Translations under genes and position numbers: made by a program
Shown here: positions 18,919 through 27,997 of the stretch, piece by piece
How positions within the stretch are numbered: position 1 is the stretch's first letter
Layout: every line of letters starts with the position of its first letter
The notes under the pieces: model-generated
Seen by the model: only the letters and a program-made list of their open reading frames with translations
The model's database searches: none
What the model was told of the DNA's origin: nothing
Assembly: GCA_041752275.1 (NCBI GenBank)
Contig: JBGSHK010000014.1
Span: 1-34,044 of the forward strand
Reading direction: 5' to 3'
DNA length: 34,044 bases
Source of the DNA: Minisyncoccia bacterium
GTDB lineage: Bacteria > Patescibacteriota > Minisyncoccia > Phycocordibacterales > CAIZLB01

Positions 18919-20151
18919 TTACATATTTTCTTCGATCAATCTTTTTCTTGCTTGATATACAAAAGTAGATACAAGGGCAAGTATTATGACCATAAAACCA
19001 ATCATATAGTTAATAAAACTAAGAGATAAACCGGTGTTAGGTAAGTCACCTAAGAATACTCCGGATACAGGTGTTCCTGTTGTTATGTTAGGAGTTAAGT
19101 TCACAGATGAACCACCTACAAAAGATGTACCTGAAACACCGTTAACATTTGTTGAACAACTAGCTGTTACGGTTCTACCATTTGAAGAAACTGTTACAAA
19201 GGCGTTTTTTATACCACCGTAAGTGTACTGTTTACCTACAAATTGATTATAACCATTTAAACTATCTGTACCTGACCAGTTATATGTGTAAGCACCATTT
19301 CCTCCACCAATATTAACTGACCATGTTACAACTTGATTTATGTTTGCATTCGTAGGGTTTGCAAAACAATTAGCATATAAATCATTGTTATTGTTTTGAT
19401 TATCATTCACAAAAACAACATCACATGATTTTGTAATAACCTCTTGACCAGATCTAACTGTTACAGTTATGTTTTTTGTACCAGTTGTATAAGAAGTAAA
19501 CACGGTTGAAGCACCTGATGCTGAAGGTATGTCACCTCCCCATGTATATGTATAGTTACCTGTTCCACCTGTAGCATAAGCTGTTGCAGTTACAGTTTGA
19601 CCTATTCTAGGATTTGAAGGTGTTATCACACAATATACATTTATATATTGATGTTGAGGATTATATGTAACAGCATTTCCTGTAGGAGTTGTATAAACAT
19701 ACACATTGTTTGTGTTGTTGTTTATAGCTGTAGCAGAAGATGATGATGTAGAGTTTGAACTAGATGTGTTAGTGTTTGTATTCGTGCTTGTGTTAGTGTT
19801 TTTATTTTCTATATATCCAGAACCAGAACTAGGTATAGATGACCCACTGTATGACAAACCACTGTATATAGGTAAACCACTGTATCCAGTATAACCTGAT
19901 CCACTGTATGACGGAGTGTATGAAGGGGTGTATGAAGATCCTCCATATGATGGAGTATAACTTGAATAGTTTGGAGTATATGAATAGTCATATGTTGGTG
20001 CATAACCTCCAAAATCAGACATACCTGATCCACTCCATGAGTCTTCACCAGAATAACCTGATGATCCTGCTGAAGCCAGGTTTGGTATAGTAAATATTGC
20101 AAATAATGCAACAAGAACTACTTTTTTGATTTGTTTGTTTGTATTTAACAT
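18919..20151 (-). CDS. Secreted surface protein with Y/S-rich repeats, two PKD/Ig-like domains and LPNTG sorting signal (start moved to 20151)
   Basis: Signal peptide ending ASA; YTPS repeats; two GGxGxYTYxW domains; LPNTG + hydrophobic helix + RKR tail; TTGACT-17-TATTAT promoter just before ATG 20151. Confidence 0.85.
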   Translation of the reverse strand: MLNTNKQIKKVVLVALFAIFTIPNLASAGSSGYSGEDSWSGSGMSDFGGYAPTYDYSYTPNYSSYTPSYGGSSYTPSYTPSYSGSGYTGYSGLPIYSGLSYSGSSIPSSGSGYIENKNTNTSTNTNTNTSSSNSTSSSSATAINNNTNNVYVYTTPTGNAVTYNPQHQYINVYCVITPSNPRIGQTVTATAYATGGTGNYTYTWGGDIPSASGASTVFTSYTTGTKNITVTVRSGQEVITKSCDVVFVNDNQNNNNDLYANCFANPTNANINQVVTWSVNIGGGNGAYTYNWSGTDSLNGYNQFVGKQYTYGGIKNAFVTVSSNGRTVTASCSTNVNGVSGTSFVGGSSVNLTPNITTGTPVSGVFLGDLPNTGLSLSFINYMIGFMVIILALVSTFVYQARKRLIEENM

Positions 20152-20228
20152 AATGTATATATAATAGCATACTTGAATATAAAAGTCAAGCATTTTACCC
20201 GCCTTTATCTATGTGTATATATAAATAT

Positions 20229-20255
20229 ATCCCCCTGGCGATTTGCCAGAGGGAT
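20229..20255 (-). terminator. Hairpin, probable terminator of the 20295..20954 gene
   Basis: Minus strand ATCCCTCTGGC-AAATC-GCCAGGGGGAT; weak U tract. Confidence 0.55.
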
Positions 20256-20294
20256 TGGGTTTATTTTGAAATATCCTTATTAATAAAGGTTTTT

Positions 20295-20954
20295 TCAAGG
20301 TTCGTGGATGACTTTGACCGGAATACCGACCCTCAACAAGGAGAAAAGGGTCTTTGCCACAGGTTTTGAAAGGCGAATACAACCAGCAGCAAGGCTTGAT
20401 ATATCACCTTGATGGATGTAAATCTTTCTTATATCATCCAGTAGTAACGAGAAGGGCATTTTGGCACCCGGAAACTCTGTGGAAACATACATTTCTTTCT
20501 TCCCAAGCACGTTATAGTTCCCAGCAGCAAGTTGAGAATACTTACCTTCTCTTTTACCTGCTGTTTGGCAATTCGCCCTGCCAACTAAGGTTCCTTTTGA
20601 ATATAAGCTAATCTTACCTGAGCCTTTTGAGTTAAAACTCAAGACAACATTGGTGATTTTTACTCCACCAACAATGTAACTTGAGCCTGACTTTTCGGCT
20701 TCAGTAACCAGATCTGGCGTTATTTTCCAAAGGAATTCGACGTGATTCTTGTTACCGACTTCGGCCTGAATGGCAAAAGGGTGAACCTTGCCCCAGTTTT
20801 TTTTAAGGTAAACCTTGACAACAGGTCCGGAAACTTCTCCGGCTTGTGGGTTGTTTCCAAACCAACCCCAGTGGGCCCATTCTCCGTTAAAGGTTGTGAT
20901 TTCAGCTGTTAAGGCAGTAATCATAAAAAAAAACAGTATTGTGATCGTTTTCAT
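20295..20954 (-). CDS. Exported L,D-transpeptidase (YkuD)-like protein
   Basis: Signal peptide; GNYNVLGK...MPFSL...IYIHQG...GCIRLSKPVAKTLFSLLRVGIPVKV is YkuD-domain architecture with catalytic His and Cys. Confidence 0.8.
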   Translation of the reverse strand: MKTITILFFFMITALTAEITTFNGEWAHWGWFGNNPQAGEVSGPVVKVYLKKNWGKVHPFAIQAEVGNKNHVEFLWKITPDLVTEAEKSGSSYIVGGVKITNVVLSFNSKGSGKISLYSKGTLVGRANCQTAGKREGKYSQLAAGNYNVLGKKEMYVSTEFPGAKMPFSLLLDDIRKIYIHQGDISSLAAGCIRLSKPVAKTLFSLLRVGIPVKVIHEP

Positions 20955-21061
20955 ATTGTATAAAGTTCAAGATTGTTTTGTTTACTTACATATACTATCA
21001 TAGTTTACACATAAAGTCAATATAAATTAATCTAATGGTCACAAAATAGCCTTATAATATA

Positions 21062-21091
21062 AAGAAAAAGCCACACCTTGGAAGATGTGAC
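21062..21091 (-). terminator. Intrinsic terminator of the lipoprotein gene
   Basis: Minus strand GTCACATCTT-CC-AAGGTGTGGC followed by TTTTTCTTT. Confidence 0.7.
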
Positions 21092-21120
21092 ATGTTTTTA
21101 GGTGCATTACCACCCCAGGA

Positions 21121-21570
21121 TTAGAACCTGGCCAGAATCTCTGGAGGGAGTTCATTTGGACGAACCCTGACGGTTTTTACCACCCTATCAGGAGTGTCAA
21201 TCCATTTGACAATACACCTGAAGCCGAAGTGTTGACTGACCGCTTCGTTTGAGGGCAGACGACCATTTTTAGTCTTATAGGCTGCCGCAAACTCTGCCAC
21301 TTCCTGCCTACGGTTTTCATGTCCGGTTTGAACACTGGCGACACAATAGCCGGTTTGGTTCTTGTGGACACTGACCGACTCGAGTTTCTTGCGAACCCTG
21401 GTCTGAACCCGTCCACCACCTTGAGGATGTCCACCCGCCATTTGCGGAAGATACCCACCACCTTGCCTCCCTAAAGGCTGCCCGGTTCTGGCATCCACAA
21501 ACCGTGGAACACACGATGTGACAAAGGATGCGAGGATTAAGGCTACGACTAACATTTTGATTGTTTTCAT
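21121..21570 (-). CDS. Hypothetical basic lipoprotein-like protein (start moved to 21570)
   Basis: MKTIKMLVVALILASFVTSC lipobox-like signal; higher GC than neighbours; own TTGACT-17-TAATAT promoter. Confidence 0.7.
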   Translation of the reverse strand: MKTIKMLVVALILASFVTSCVPRFVDARTGQPLGRQGGGYLPQMAGGHPQGGGRVQTRVRKKLESVSVHKNQTGYCVASVQTGHENRRQEVAEFAAAYKTKNGRLPSNEAVSQHFGFRCIVKWIDTPDRVVKTVRVRPNELPPEILARF

Positions 21571-21745
21571 GATTTTCTGGAGTTGTTGGTTGTGTGTTTG
21601 ATTCTGGTCAAAGGTACTTTGCCGATGACTTACATGTATATATATTAGCACAATACAACACAAAAGTCAAGTCTTTACAACACCCTACACAAAACACCTG
21701 CCCCCACCCCTAGCACAAAAACATATAAACATTTACAATACATCT

Positions 21746-23428
21746 ATGACAATAATCTTTGATGAAGATAAGAAAAATCAACAACTAAGACAAATGAGAC
21801 AAGAAGAGGATGAAAGGCTTGTTATGATGTTATCCGATCGACATTCTATACCATATATAAACCTGTCTACTGTTTCAATAAACACAGATGCACTTAGGCT
21901 GTTGGAGCAAGAAACAGCAAAGTCTTCGGAGTCAGTTATTTTTGATATTGTTGGAAAAAAAATAAGCTTAGCAATATACAATCCGCAAAATCCAAAACTT
22001 GAAACCGTTGTTGATGATTTAAAAAGAAAGGGTTATGAAATAATTTTTTATATAACATCTGTATATAGTTTAGAAAAGGCATTTGCTTTATATAAAGATC
22101 TTTCTTTTGCTGTTGAAACGGAGTCTGGTTCTTTAGATATATCAGATGTTGAAATAGAAAACCTTATAAATAAAACAGAAAATTTAAATGATATAAAAAC
22201 CTTTATATCAGAAGCTTTACAAGAAAAAAAGAGTCATAAGTTGTCAAAACTTTTAGCTATTATAATGGCTGGTGGTCTCGCTATAAAAGCATCCGATATA
22301 CATATAGAGGCAGAAGAGTCTTATTCAAAACTAAGATATCGTATAGATGGTGTTCTTATAGATGTTTGTCAATTTGACACAGAAACATATCATTCCCTTT
22401 TATCTCGTTTAAAACTTTTATCTGGACTTAAAATAAATATAAAAGAAAATGCACAGGATGGAAGATTTACTATAAAAATATATACGTCAGATATAGAAAT
22501 ACGTGTGTCTACTATACCAGGATCATATGGTGAGTCTATAGTTATGCGTATATTAAATCCAAAATCAATATCTTCCGGTCTTGAAGACCTTGGTATGTCA
22601 AAAAAACTATATGATGTTGTTATAAGAGAAATAAGTAGACCAAACGGTTTAATACTTTTAACCGGACCAACAGGTTCAGGAAAAACAACAACATTGTATG
22701 CTTTTCTTAAAAAGACCATGTCGCCTGAATATAAAATAATAACAATAGAAGATCCTGTTGAATATCATTTACCTGGCATAGTTCAAACACAAGTTGAAGA
22801 GCATAAAGGTTATACATTTGCAGATGGTTTAAAGTCAATACTCAGACAAGATCCTGACATAATACTTGTAGGAGAAATACGTGATAGCGAAACAGCAGCA
22901 ACTGCAATACAAGCATCACTTACAGGTCATTTGGTTTTTTCAACACTACATACAAACAATGCAGCAGGAACATTTACAAGACTAATAGATCTTGGTGCAG
23001 ACCCAAAAACATTAACATCATCACTACATCTGGCTGTGGCACAAAGACTAGTGAGAACACTGTGTCCTGTATGTAAAAAACTTTTTGATTTGAATGAAAA
23101 AGAAAAAGAGATAATAGAAAAAATAATAAATTCACTCGAGGGGTATGAAGAAAAAAATGAAATAAAAGAATTTCCAAAACAAATACATAAAGCTGTTGGT
23201 TGTGAAAAGTGTAATAACACTGGCTACAAAGGCCGTATAGGAATACATGAAGGTATACTTTCAACAGAAAAAATAGAAAACATAATAGCAACAGGTCCAA
23301 GTGAAAGAGAAATAATAGAAGCTGCGTCGGATCAAAAACTAATAAACATGAAACAAGATGGAGTTTTAAAAGTTTTAAGAGGAATAACTTCCTTGGATGA
23401 AATAGAACGTGTTGTTGATATGTATTAA
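21746..23428 (+). CDS. GspE/PilB family type IV pilus assembly ATPase
   Basis: ASDIHIE, QDGRF, TGPTGSGKTTT, TIEDPVEY, LRQDPDIILVGEIRD, TGHLVFSTLHTN, CPVC...CEKC zinc motif. Confidence 0.95.
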   Translation: MTIIFDEDKKNQQLRQMRQEEDERLVMMLSDRHSIPYINLSTVSINTDALRLLEQETAKSSESVIFDIVGKKISLAIYNPQNPKLETVVDDLKRKGYEIIFYITSVYSLEKAFALYKDLSFAVETESGSLDISDVEIENLINKTENLNDIKTFISEALQEKKSHKLSKLLAIIMAGGLAIKASDIHIEAEESYSKLRYRIDGVLIDVCQFDTETYHSLLSRLKLLSGLKINIKENAQDGRFTIKIYTSDIEIRVSTIPGSYGESIVMRILNPKSISSGLEDLGMSKKLYDVVIREISRPNGLILLTGPTGSGKTTTLYAFLKKTMSPEYKIITIEDPVEYHLPGIVQTQVEEHKGYTFADGLKSILRQDPDIILVGEIRDSETAATAIQASLTGHLVFSTLHTNNAAGTFTRLIDLGADPKTLTSSLHLAVAQRLVRTLCPVCKKLFDLNEKEKEIIEKIINSLEGYEEKNEIKEFPKQIHKAVGCEKCNNTGYKGRIGIHEGILSTEKIENIIATGPSEREIIEAASDQKLINMKQDGVLKVLRGITSLDEIERVVDMY

Positions 23429-23434
23429 AAAAAA

Positions 23435-23456
23435 TTATTAGTCAATTGACTAATAA
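23435..23456. terminator. Perfect 22-bp palindrome, probable minus-strand terminator or operator
   Basis: TTATTAGTCAA-TTGACTAATAA flanked by A tracts (U tract on the minus strand). Confidence 0.5.
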
Positions 23457-23482
23457 AAAATAAAAACATATTATAAAAAAAG

Positions 23483-23642
23483 AATGACCCTTTGAATCTC
23501 CAAGCAAAACTTTTTTCGTTAAGAAAAAAGCTCAATATGTTTTCAAGGATAGCCTCAGGAATATAGCAAGCTATACACCAAAGCGTCCTCTAACTCATAC
23601 CAAATCCCGGAGGGATATTGCTTGGAGACTCAAAAAGTCATT
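23483..23642 (-). ncRNA. 160-nt structured RNA candidate (possibly divergent 6S RNA)
   Basis: 25-bp closing stem fully paired on the minus strand (3 G-U), two short hairpins and a long irregular arm, followed by a U tract. Confidence 0.7.
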
Positions 23643-23689
23643 AACAATTTATAATTCAACTATAAAAAGTATAGCATATTGCTATCACC

Positions 23690-24700
23690 ATGTCAAGCGA
23701 CTTAAAAAACAACAAAAAAGCACCTGAAGATAAGGTTTTAGATCAAACTCTTAGGCCTGATTCTTTTGATCAATACATAGGGCAGGAAAATATAAAAAAT
23801 AATCTAAATATTCTTTTAAAAGCAGCTAAAGGTCGCAATCACAGTCCTGAGCATATATTGTTTTATGGGTCTCCAGGTCTCGGAAAGACCACTTTGGCAT
23901 ACCTCATAGCAAAAGAGATAGGTGCCCAGATGAAAGTCACGTCAGGGCCGGCCATAGAGCGTGTAGGAGACCTTGCTTCTATACTTACAAACCTTTCACC
24001 TGGTGATATTTTGTTTATAGATGAAATACACAGACTTAACAAATCAGTTGAAGAAATACTTTATCCAGCAATGGAGTCTGGTCAAATGGATATTATAGTA
24101 GGAAAAGGTCCGGCAGCCAGAACTATACAGTTGGACCTTCCCCCTTTTACCCTTATAGCAGCAACAACACGTGTAGCAATGATATCATCACCTTTGCGCT
24201 CACGTTTTTCTGGCGGTGTTTTTAAGCTTGAGTTTTATACAGATGAAGAAATAGATTTTATAGTTAAAAGATCAGCAAAAATACTTGATATAAAGTTAGA
24301 TAAAAAAGCTTCTGTATATATAGCAGAGAGAAGTAGAAAAACACCAAGAACTGCAAACTATCTTTTAAAGAGATGTCGTGATCTTGCACAGGTTTATGAA
24401 AAAGATTTAGATGAAGATATAGTTATAGAAGCATTAAACATGATAGGTACAGATAAAATGGGTTTAAATAAATCAGATATAGATTTATTGGAGACAATTA
24501 TAAATAAATATAAAGGTGGACCTGTTGGTTTATCAACCATAGCTGCCTCACTTTCTGAAGATGAAGCGACTATAGAAGATTTTAATGAACCTTATCTTAT
24601 ACAGCTAGGTTTTTTAAATAGAACACCAAGAGGTAGAGTGGTTACAGAACTAGCATATAATCACTTAAATATACCTTATACAAAAAATGAAATCTCTTAG
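23690..24700 (+). CDS. ruvB: Holliday junction branch migration helicase RuvB
   Basis: LRPDSFDQYIGQ, GSPGLGKTTLA, TSGP, FIDEIHRL, EEILYPAME, EPYLIQLGFLNRTPRGR. Confidence 0.97.
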   Translation: MSSDLKNNKKAPEDKVLDQTLRPDSFDQYIGQENIKNNLNILLKAAKGRNHSPEHILFYGSPGLGKTTLAYLIAKEIGAQMKVTSGPAIERVGDLASILTNLSPGDILFIDEIHRLNKSVEEILYPAMESGQMDIIVGKGPAARTIQLDLPPFTLIAATTRVAMISSPLRSRFSGGVFKLEFYTDEEIDFIVKRSAKILDIKLDKKASVYIAERSRKTPRTANYLLKRCRDLAQVYEKDLDEDIVIEALNMIGTDKMGLNKSDIDLLETIINKYKGGPVGLSTIAASLSEDEATIEDFNEPYLIQLGFLNRTPRGRVVTELAYNHLNIPYTKNEIS

Positions 24701-25193
24701 TAATAAAATTATTATATCAATAGATCCTGGTTATGAGAGACTTGGTGTATGTATTTTAAAAAAAGAAATAAAAACAAATAAGATAAGTATTTTACATTCT
24801 GAATGTTTTAAAACTGATAAAAATATATTGTTTCAAGACAGACTTTTAATAATAGGAAAACATATAGAAAATCAAATAAAAAAATATAAACCTTCCAACA
24901 TGTCCATAGAAAGTTTGTTTATGGGTAAAAATCAAAAAACAGCCTTTAAAGTAAATGAGGTTAAAGGTATGTTGATATATATCTCTAAGAAAAATAACTT
25001 AAAAGTATTTGAATATACACCTTTACAAATAAAATCAGCGGTTACAGGTTCAGGTAAAGGTGATAAAAATTCTATACAAAAAATGCTTTTTTTACTTTTA
25101 CCTGAACTAAAACAAACAGTAAAAAAAATAGATGATGAGTATGATGCTATAGCCTGTGGATTAACACACTTTGCATTCGAAAGAGGTATGTGA
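24687..25193 (+). CDS. ruvC: Holliday junction resolvase RuvC
   Basis: SIDPGYERLG, SIESLF, EYTPLQIKSAVTGSGKGDK, DDEYDAIA. Confidence 0.93.
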   Translation: MKSLSNKIIISIDPGYERLGVCILKKEIKTNKISILHSECFKTDKNILFQDRLLIIGKHIENQIKKYKPSNMSIESLFMGKNQKTAFKVNEVKGMLIYISKKNNLKVFEYTPLQIKSAVTGSGKGDKNSIQKMLFLLLPELKQTVKKIDDEYDAIACGLTHFAFERGM

Positions 25194-25208
25194 TTTAATA
25201 TCAACAAT

Positions 25209-25484
25209 ATGAATAAAAACATTTTAAATAGTAATGACGAGGATTTGATTTTAAATAAAGAAATTTTACCTGATGTGGATATAACTATAGATATAGGTGT
25301 TGATGATTTACTTATAACAACAGAAGAGACTTTAACTGTTATTATAGAGGATGATGAAAACTTACTGGAAGATGAAGAGTTTCTTTTGGGTACAAATAAG
25401 ACAAAAAAGAAGAAAAACACCAATGAAGACAATGAGGATGAGGATGTTGAAGATTTTGATAGTTATTTTTTTCAAGAGGAATAG
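25209..25484 (+). CDS. Small highly acidic hypothetical protein
   Basis: 91-aa D/E-rich ORF filling the ruvC-PBP gap, with a central KTKKKK tract. Confidence 0.65.
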   Translation: MNKNILNSNDEDLILNKEILPDVDITIDIGVDDLLITTEETLTVIIEDDENLLEDEEFLLGTNKTKKKKNTNEDNEDEDVEDFDSYFFQEE

Positions 25485-25499
25485 GTTATAATATATAAT

Positions 25500-27746
25500 A
25501 TGTTTAAGTCTCTAAAGAAGTTTTTTTATAAACTTGAAGATTTTATAATTTTCACTGTTAAAAACATTATAAAATTATTTAGAAAGTTTATAAAAAATAA
25601 AAAAAATAATAAAGTATATAAAAAAATTTTATTTATTTTAATAATTTTTTTTATGATTCTATCATCTTTCTTTATGATATGGTTTTCTACACTTAAAACC
25701 CCTGATATAAATGTTTTTGATGATAAACTTTTAGGTCAATCAGCTAAGATATATGATAGAACAGGAACTGTTTTATTATATGATTTAAGTCAAAAAGTTA
25801 GAAGATCTGTTGTTCCGCTTGATCAAATATCACCGTATCTTAAAAATGCCAGTATAGCTATAGAAGATAATGATTTTTATCAGCATGGTGGTATAAAAAT
25901 AAAATCCTTAATAAGAGCTGTTTTTGCAAACATAACTGAAGGTGGATATAGTCAAGGTGGATCAACTATAACTCAGCAGGTTGTAAAAAATTCTCTTTTA
26001 ACAAGGGATAAAAAAATAACAAGAAAAATAAAGGAAATATTTTTAGCAATAAAAATAGAAAGAAACCTGACCAAAGACGAAATCTTAACACTTTATTTAA
26101 ATAATTCACCTTATGGTGGAAATATATATGGTGTAGAGGAAGCCTCTCAACTATTTTTTGATAAAAAAGCCTCAGATATAACACTTGCAGAAGCAGCTAT
26201 AATAGCATCACTTCCCCAAGCTCCATCAACATATAATCCTTATAGTGGTAAAAAAGATCTTCTTCTTGATAGAAAAAACCTTGTTCTTTCTAATATGTAT
26301 AAATTAAAAATGATAACAAAAGAAGAGTATGATACAGCTGTGAATGAAACTGTTGTTTTTCAACCAAGAAATTTAGGTTCAATAAAAGCACCACATTTTG
26401 TTATGTATATAAAAAATCAACTTGAAAAAAAATATGGTACTGAAAAACTTTTAGAGGGAGGTTTTAAAATAATAAGTACTATTGATTATGATATACAAAA
26501 AAAGGGTGAGGATATAGTTTTTGAATATATATCAAAAAATAAAAAAAGATTTAACGCTGAAAATGGAGCTATGGTTGCAATAGATCCTAAAACTGGTCAA
26601 ATATTATCAATGATAGGTTCAAGAAATTATTTTGATACAGAAATAGATGGTAATTACAATGTAGCAACAGCTTACAGACAACCAGGTTCAGCTTTTAAAA
26701 CATTTGTTTATGCAGCAGGTTTTAATAAAGGTTTTTTACCTGAAACTGTTTTTTTTGACACAGAAACAGAATTTTCTTCAAGTTGTACTCCGTCAGGTTT
26801 ACCAAAATCAGAGGGTGTTATATGTTATAAACCACAAAACTATGAAGGAGGTTTTAATGGTCCTATAACACTACGTAGAGCTTTAGGGGCTTCAAGAAAC
26901 ATACCTGCAGTTAAACTACTTTATCTTGTTGGTGTTCAACCTGTTTTAAATACTGCAAAAAATCTAGGTTTAACTAACCTGGATTCAGCTTCAAAATATG
27001 GACTTTCATTAGCCTTAGGTTCAGCAGAGGTTTCTGTTTTGGATATGACGGGTGCATATGGTGTTTTTGCAAATGATGGTATAAAAAACAACATTGTAGG
27101 TATATTGAGGATAGAGAACACTAAAGGTGAAGTGTTAGAAGAATATTCACCTCAACCTAAAAAAGTTATCAGTGAGCAAGTTTCCCGCCTTATAAACGAT
27201 GTTTTATCTGATGTGGGTGCACGTAACAGTATCTTTGTGAGAAGTTATTTTAAAGATCATGTAGTTGCAATAAAGACAGGTACAACAAACAACTCTCGTG
27301 ATGCTTGGACTATTGGATATACACCCTCAGTATCAGTTGGTGCCTGGATAGGAAATAATGATAATAGACCCATGTCCCAAATAGCTTCAGCTTTAATTGT
27401 TTCACCTATGTGGAAGGAATATATTGATTATATACTAACAAAAGTAAATAAAGAGGAATTTATAAAACCTGAAGGTTTAAGTAGTGATACAAAACCTTTC
27501 TTAAGAGGTGTTTATACAACAAATGACGGAGTTGCACGTAGTGAGTTGTTTTGGATTGATAAAGATGATGTTACAGGTCCACAACCTTCAAACCCTGAGA
27601 AAGATCCATTATTTTACAACTGGGAATCATCTATTTATATAAAAAAAGAAGAGGTTATTATAAGTACAACAACAGAAAACACAATCATTGAAAATATTTT
27701 TCCGGAAAATAACTTAAATAACAGTGATGTAATTCAAGGTTTTTAA
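25500..27746 (+). CDS. Class A penicillin-binding protein (transglycosylase/transpeptidase)
   Basis: TM anchor; EDNDFYQHGG, GGSTITQQVVKN, RKIKE; SAFK, SRN and KTGT transpeptidase motifs. Confidence 0.96.
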   Translation: MFKSLKKFFYKLEDFIIFTVKNIIKLFRKFIKNKKNNKVYKKILFILIIFFMILSSFFMIWFSTLKTPDINVFDDKLLGQSAKIYDRTGTVLLYDLSQKVRRSVVPLDQISPYLKNASIAIEDNDFYQHGGIKIKSLIRAVFANITEGGYSQGGSTITQQVVKNSLLTRDKKITRKIKEIFLAIKIERNLTKDEILTLYLNNSPYGGNIYGVEEASQLFFDKKASDITLAEAAIIASLPQAPSTYNPYSGKKDLLLDRKNLVLSNMYKLKMITKEEYDTAVNETVVFQPRNLGSIKAPHFVMYIKNQLEKKYGTEKLLEGGFKIISTIDYDIQKKGEDIVFEYISKNKKRFNAENGAMVAIDPKTGQILSMIGSRNYFDTEIDGNYNVATAYRQPGSAFKTFVYAAGFNKGFLPETVFFDTETEFSSSCTPSGLPKSEGVICYKPQNYEGGFNGPITLRRALGASRNIPAVKLLYLVGVQPVLNTAKNLGLTNLDSASKYGLSLALGSAEVSVLDMTGAYGVFANDGIKNNIVGILRIENTKGEVLEEYSPQPKKVISEQVSRLINDVLSDVGARNSIFVRSYFKDHVVAIKTGTTNNSRDAWTIGYTPSVSVGAWIGNNDNRPMSQIASALIVSPMWKEYIDYILTKVNKEEFIKPEGLSSDTKPFLRGVYTTNDGVARSELFWIDKDDVTGPQPSNPEKDPLFYNWESSIYIKKEEVIISTTTENTIIENIFPENNLNNSDVIQGF

Positions 27747-27968
27747 TTTATTATTTATTTTTAATAAATTTAGATAAATTAAGAATTTATTATTTGAAGA
27801 TGTTTTTATTTTTAAAACATTATTACTTAAAATAATGTTTTCTTCTTTGATTAATATATTAAAATCCTGTTTAAATAACATAACAATATTTTTTTTTATA
27901 TTATCAAAATCTTTTTTTTGATCTAATATTTTTATTATATCGTCAATATTGTTTGTTTTTTTTAGCAT
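27714..27968 (-). CDS. Small hypothetical protein, possibly DciA/DUF721-like
   Basis: 84-aa ORF directly downstream of dnaN; NNVLKIKTSS...LIYLNLLKINNKL resembles the DciA KH-like core. Confidence 0.5.
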   Translation of the reverse strand: MLKKTNNIDDIIKILDQKKDFDNIKKNIVMLFKQDFNILIKEENIILSNNVLKIKTSSNNKFLIYLNLLKINNKLKTLNYITVI

Positions 27969-27997
27969 TTTTAATGTTAATTTTTTAATATAAAAAA

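Noticed and set aside
21680-21715. Minus-strand G-run cluster upstream of the pilus ATPase (possible G-quadruplex)
   Set aside because: Only three runs of 3 or more G with uneven loops; better explained by the C/A-rich bias near gene starts.
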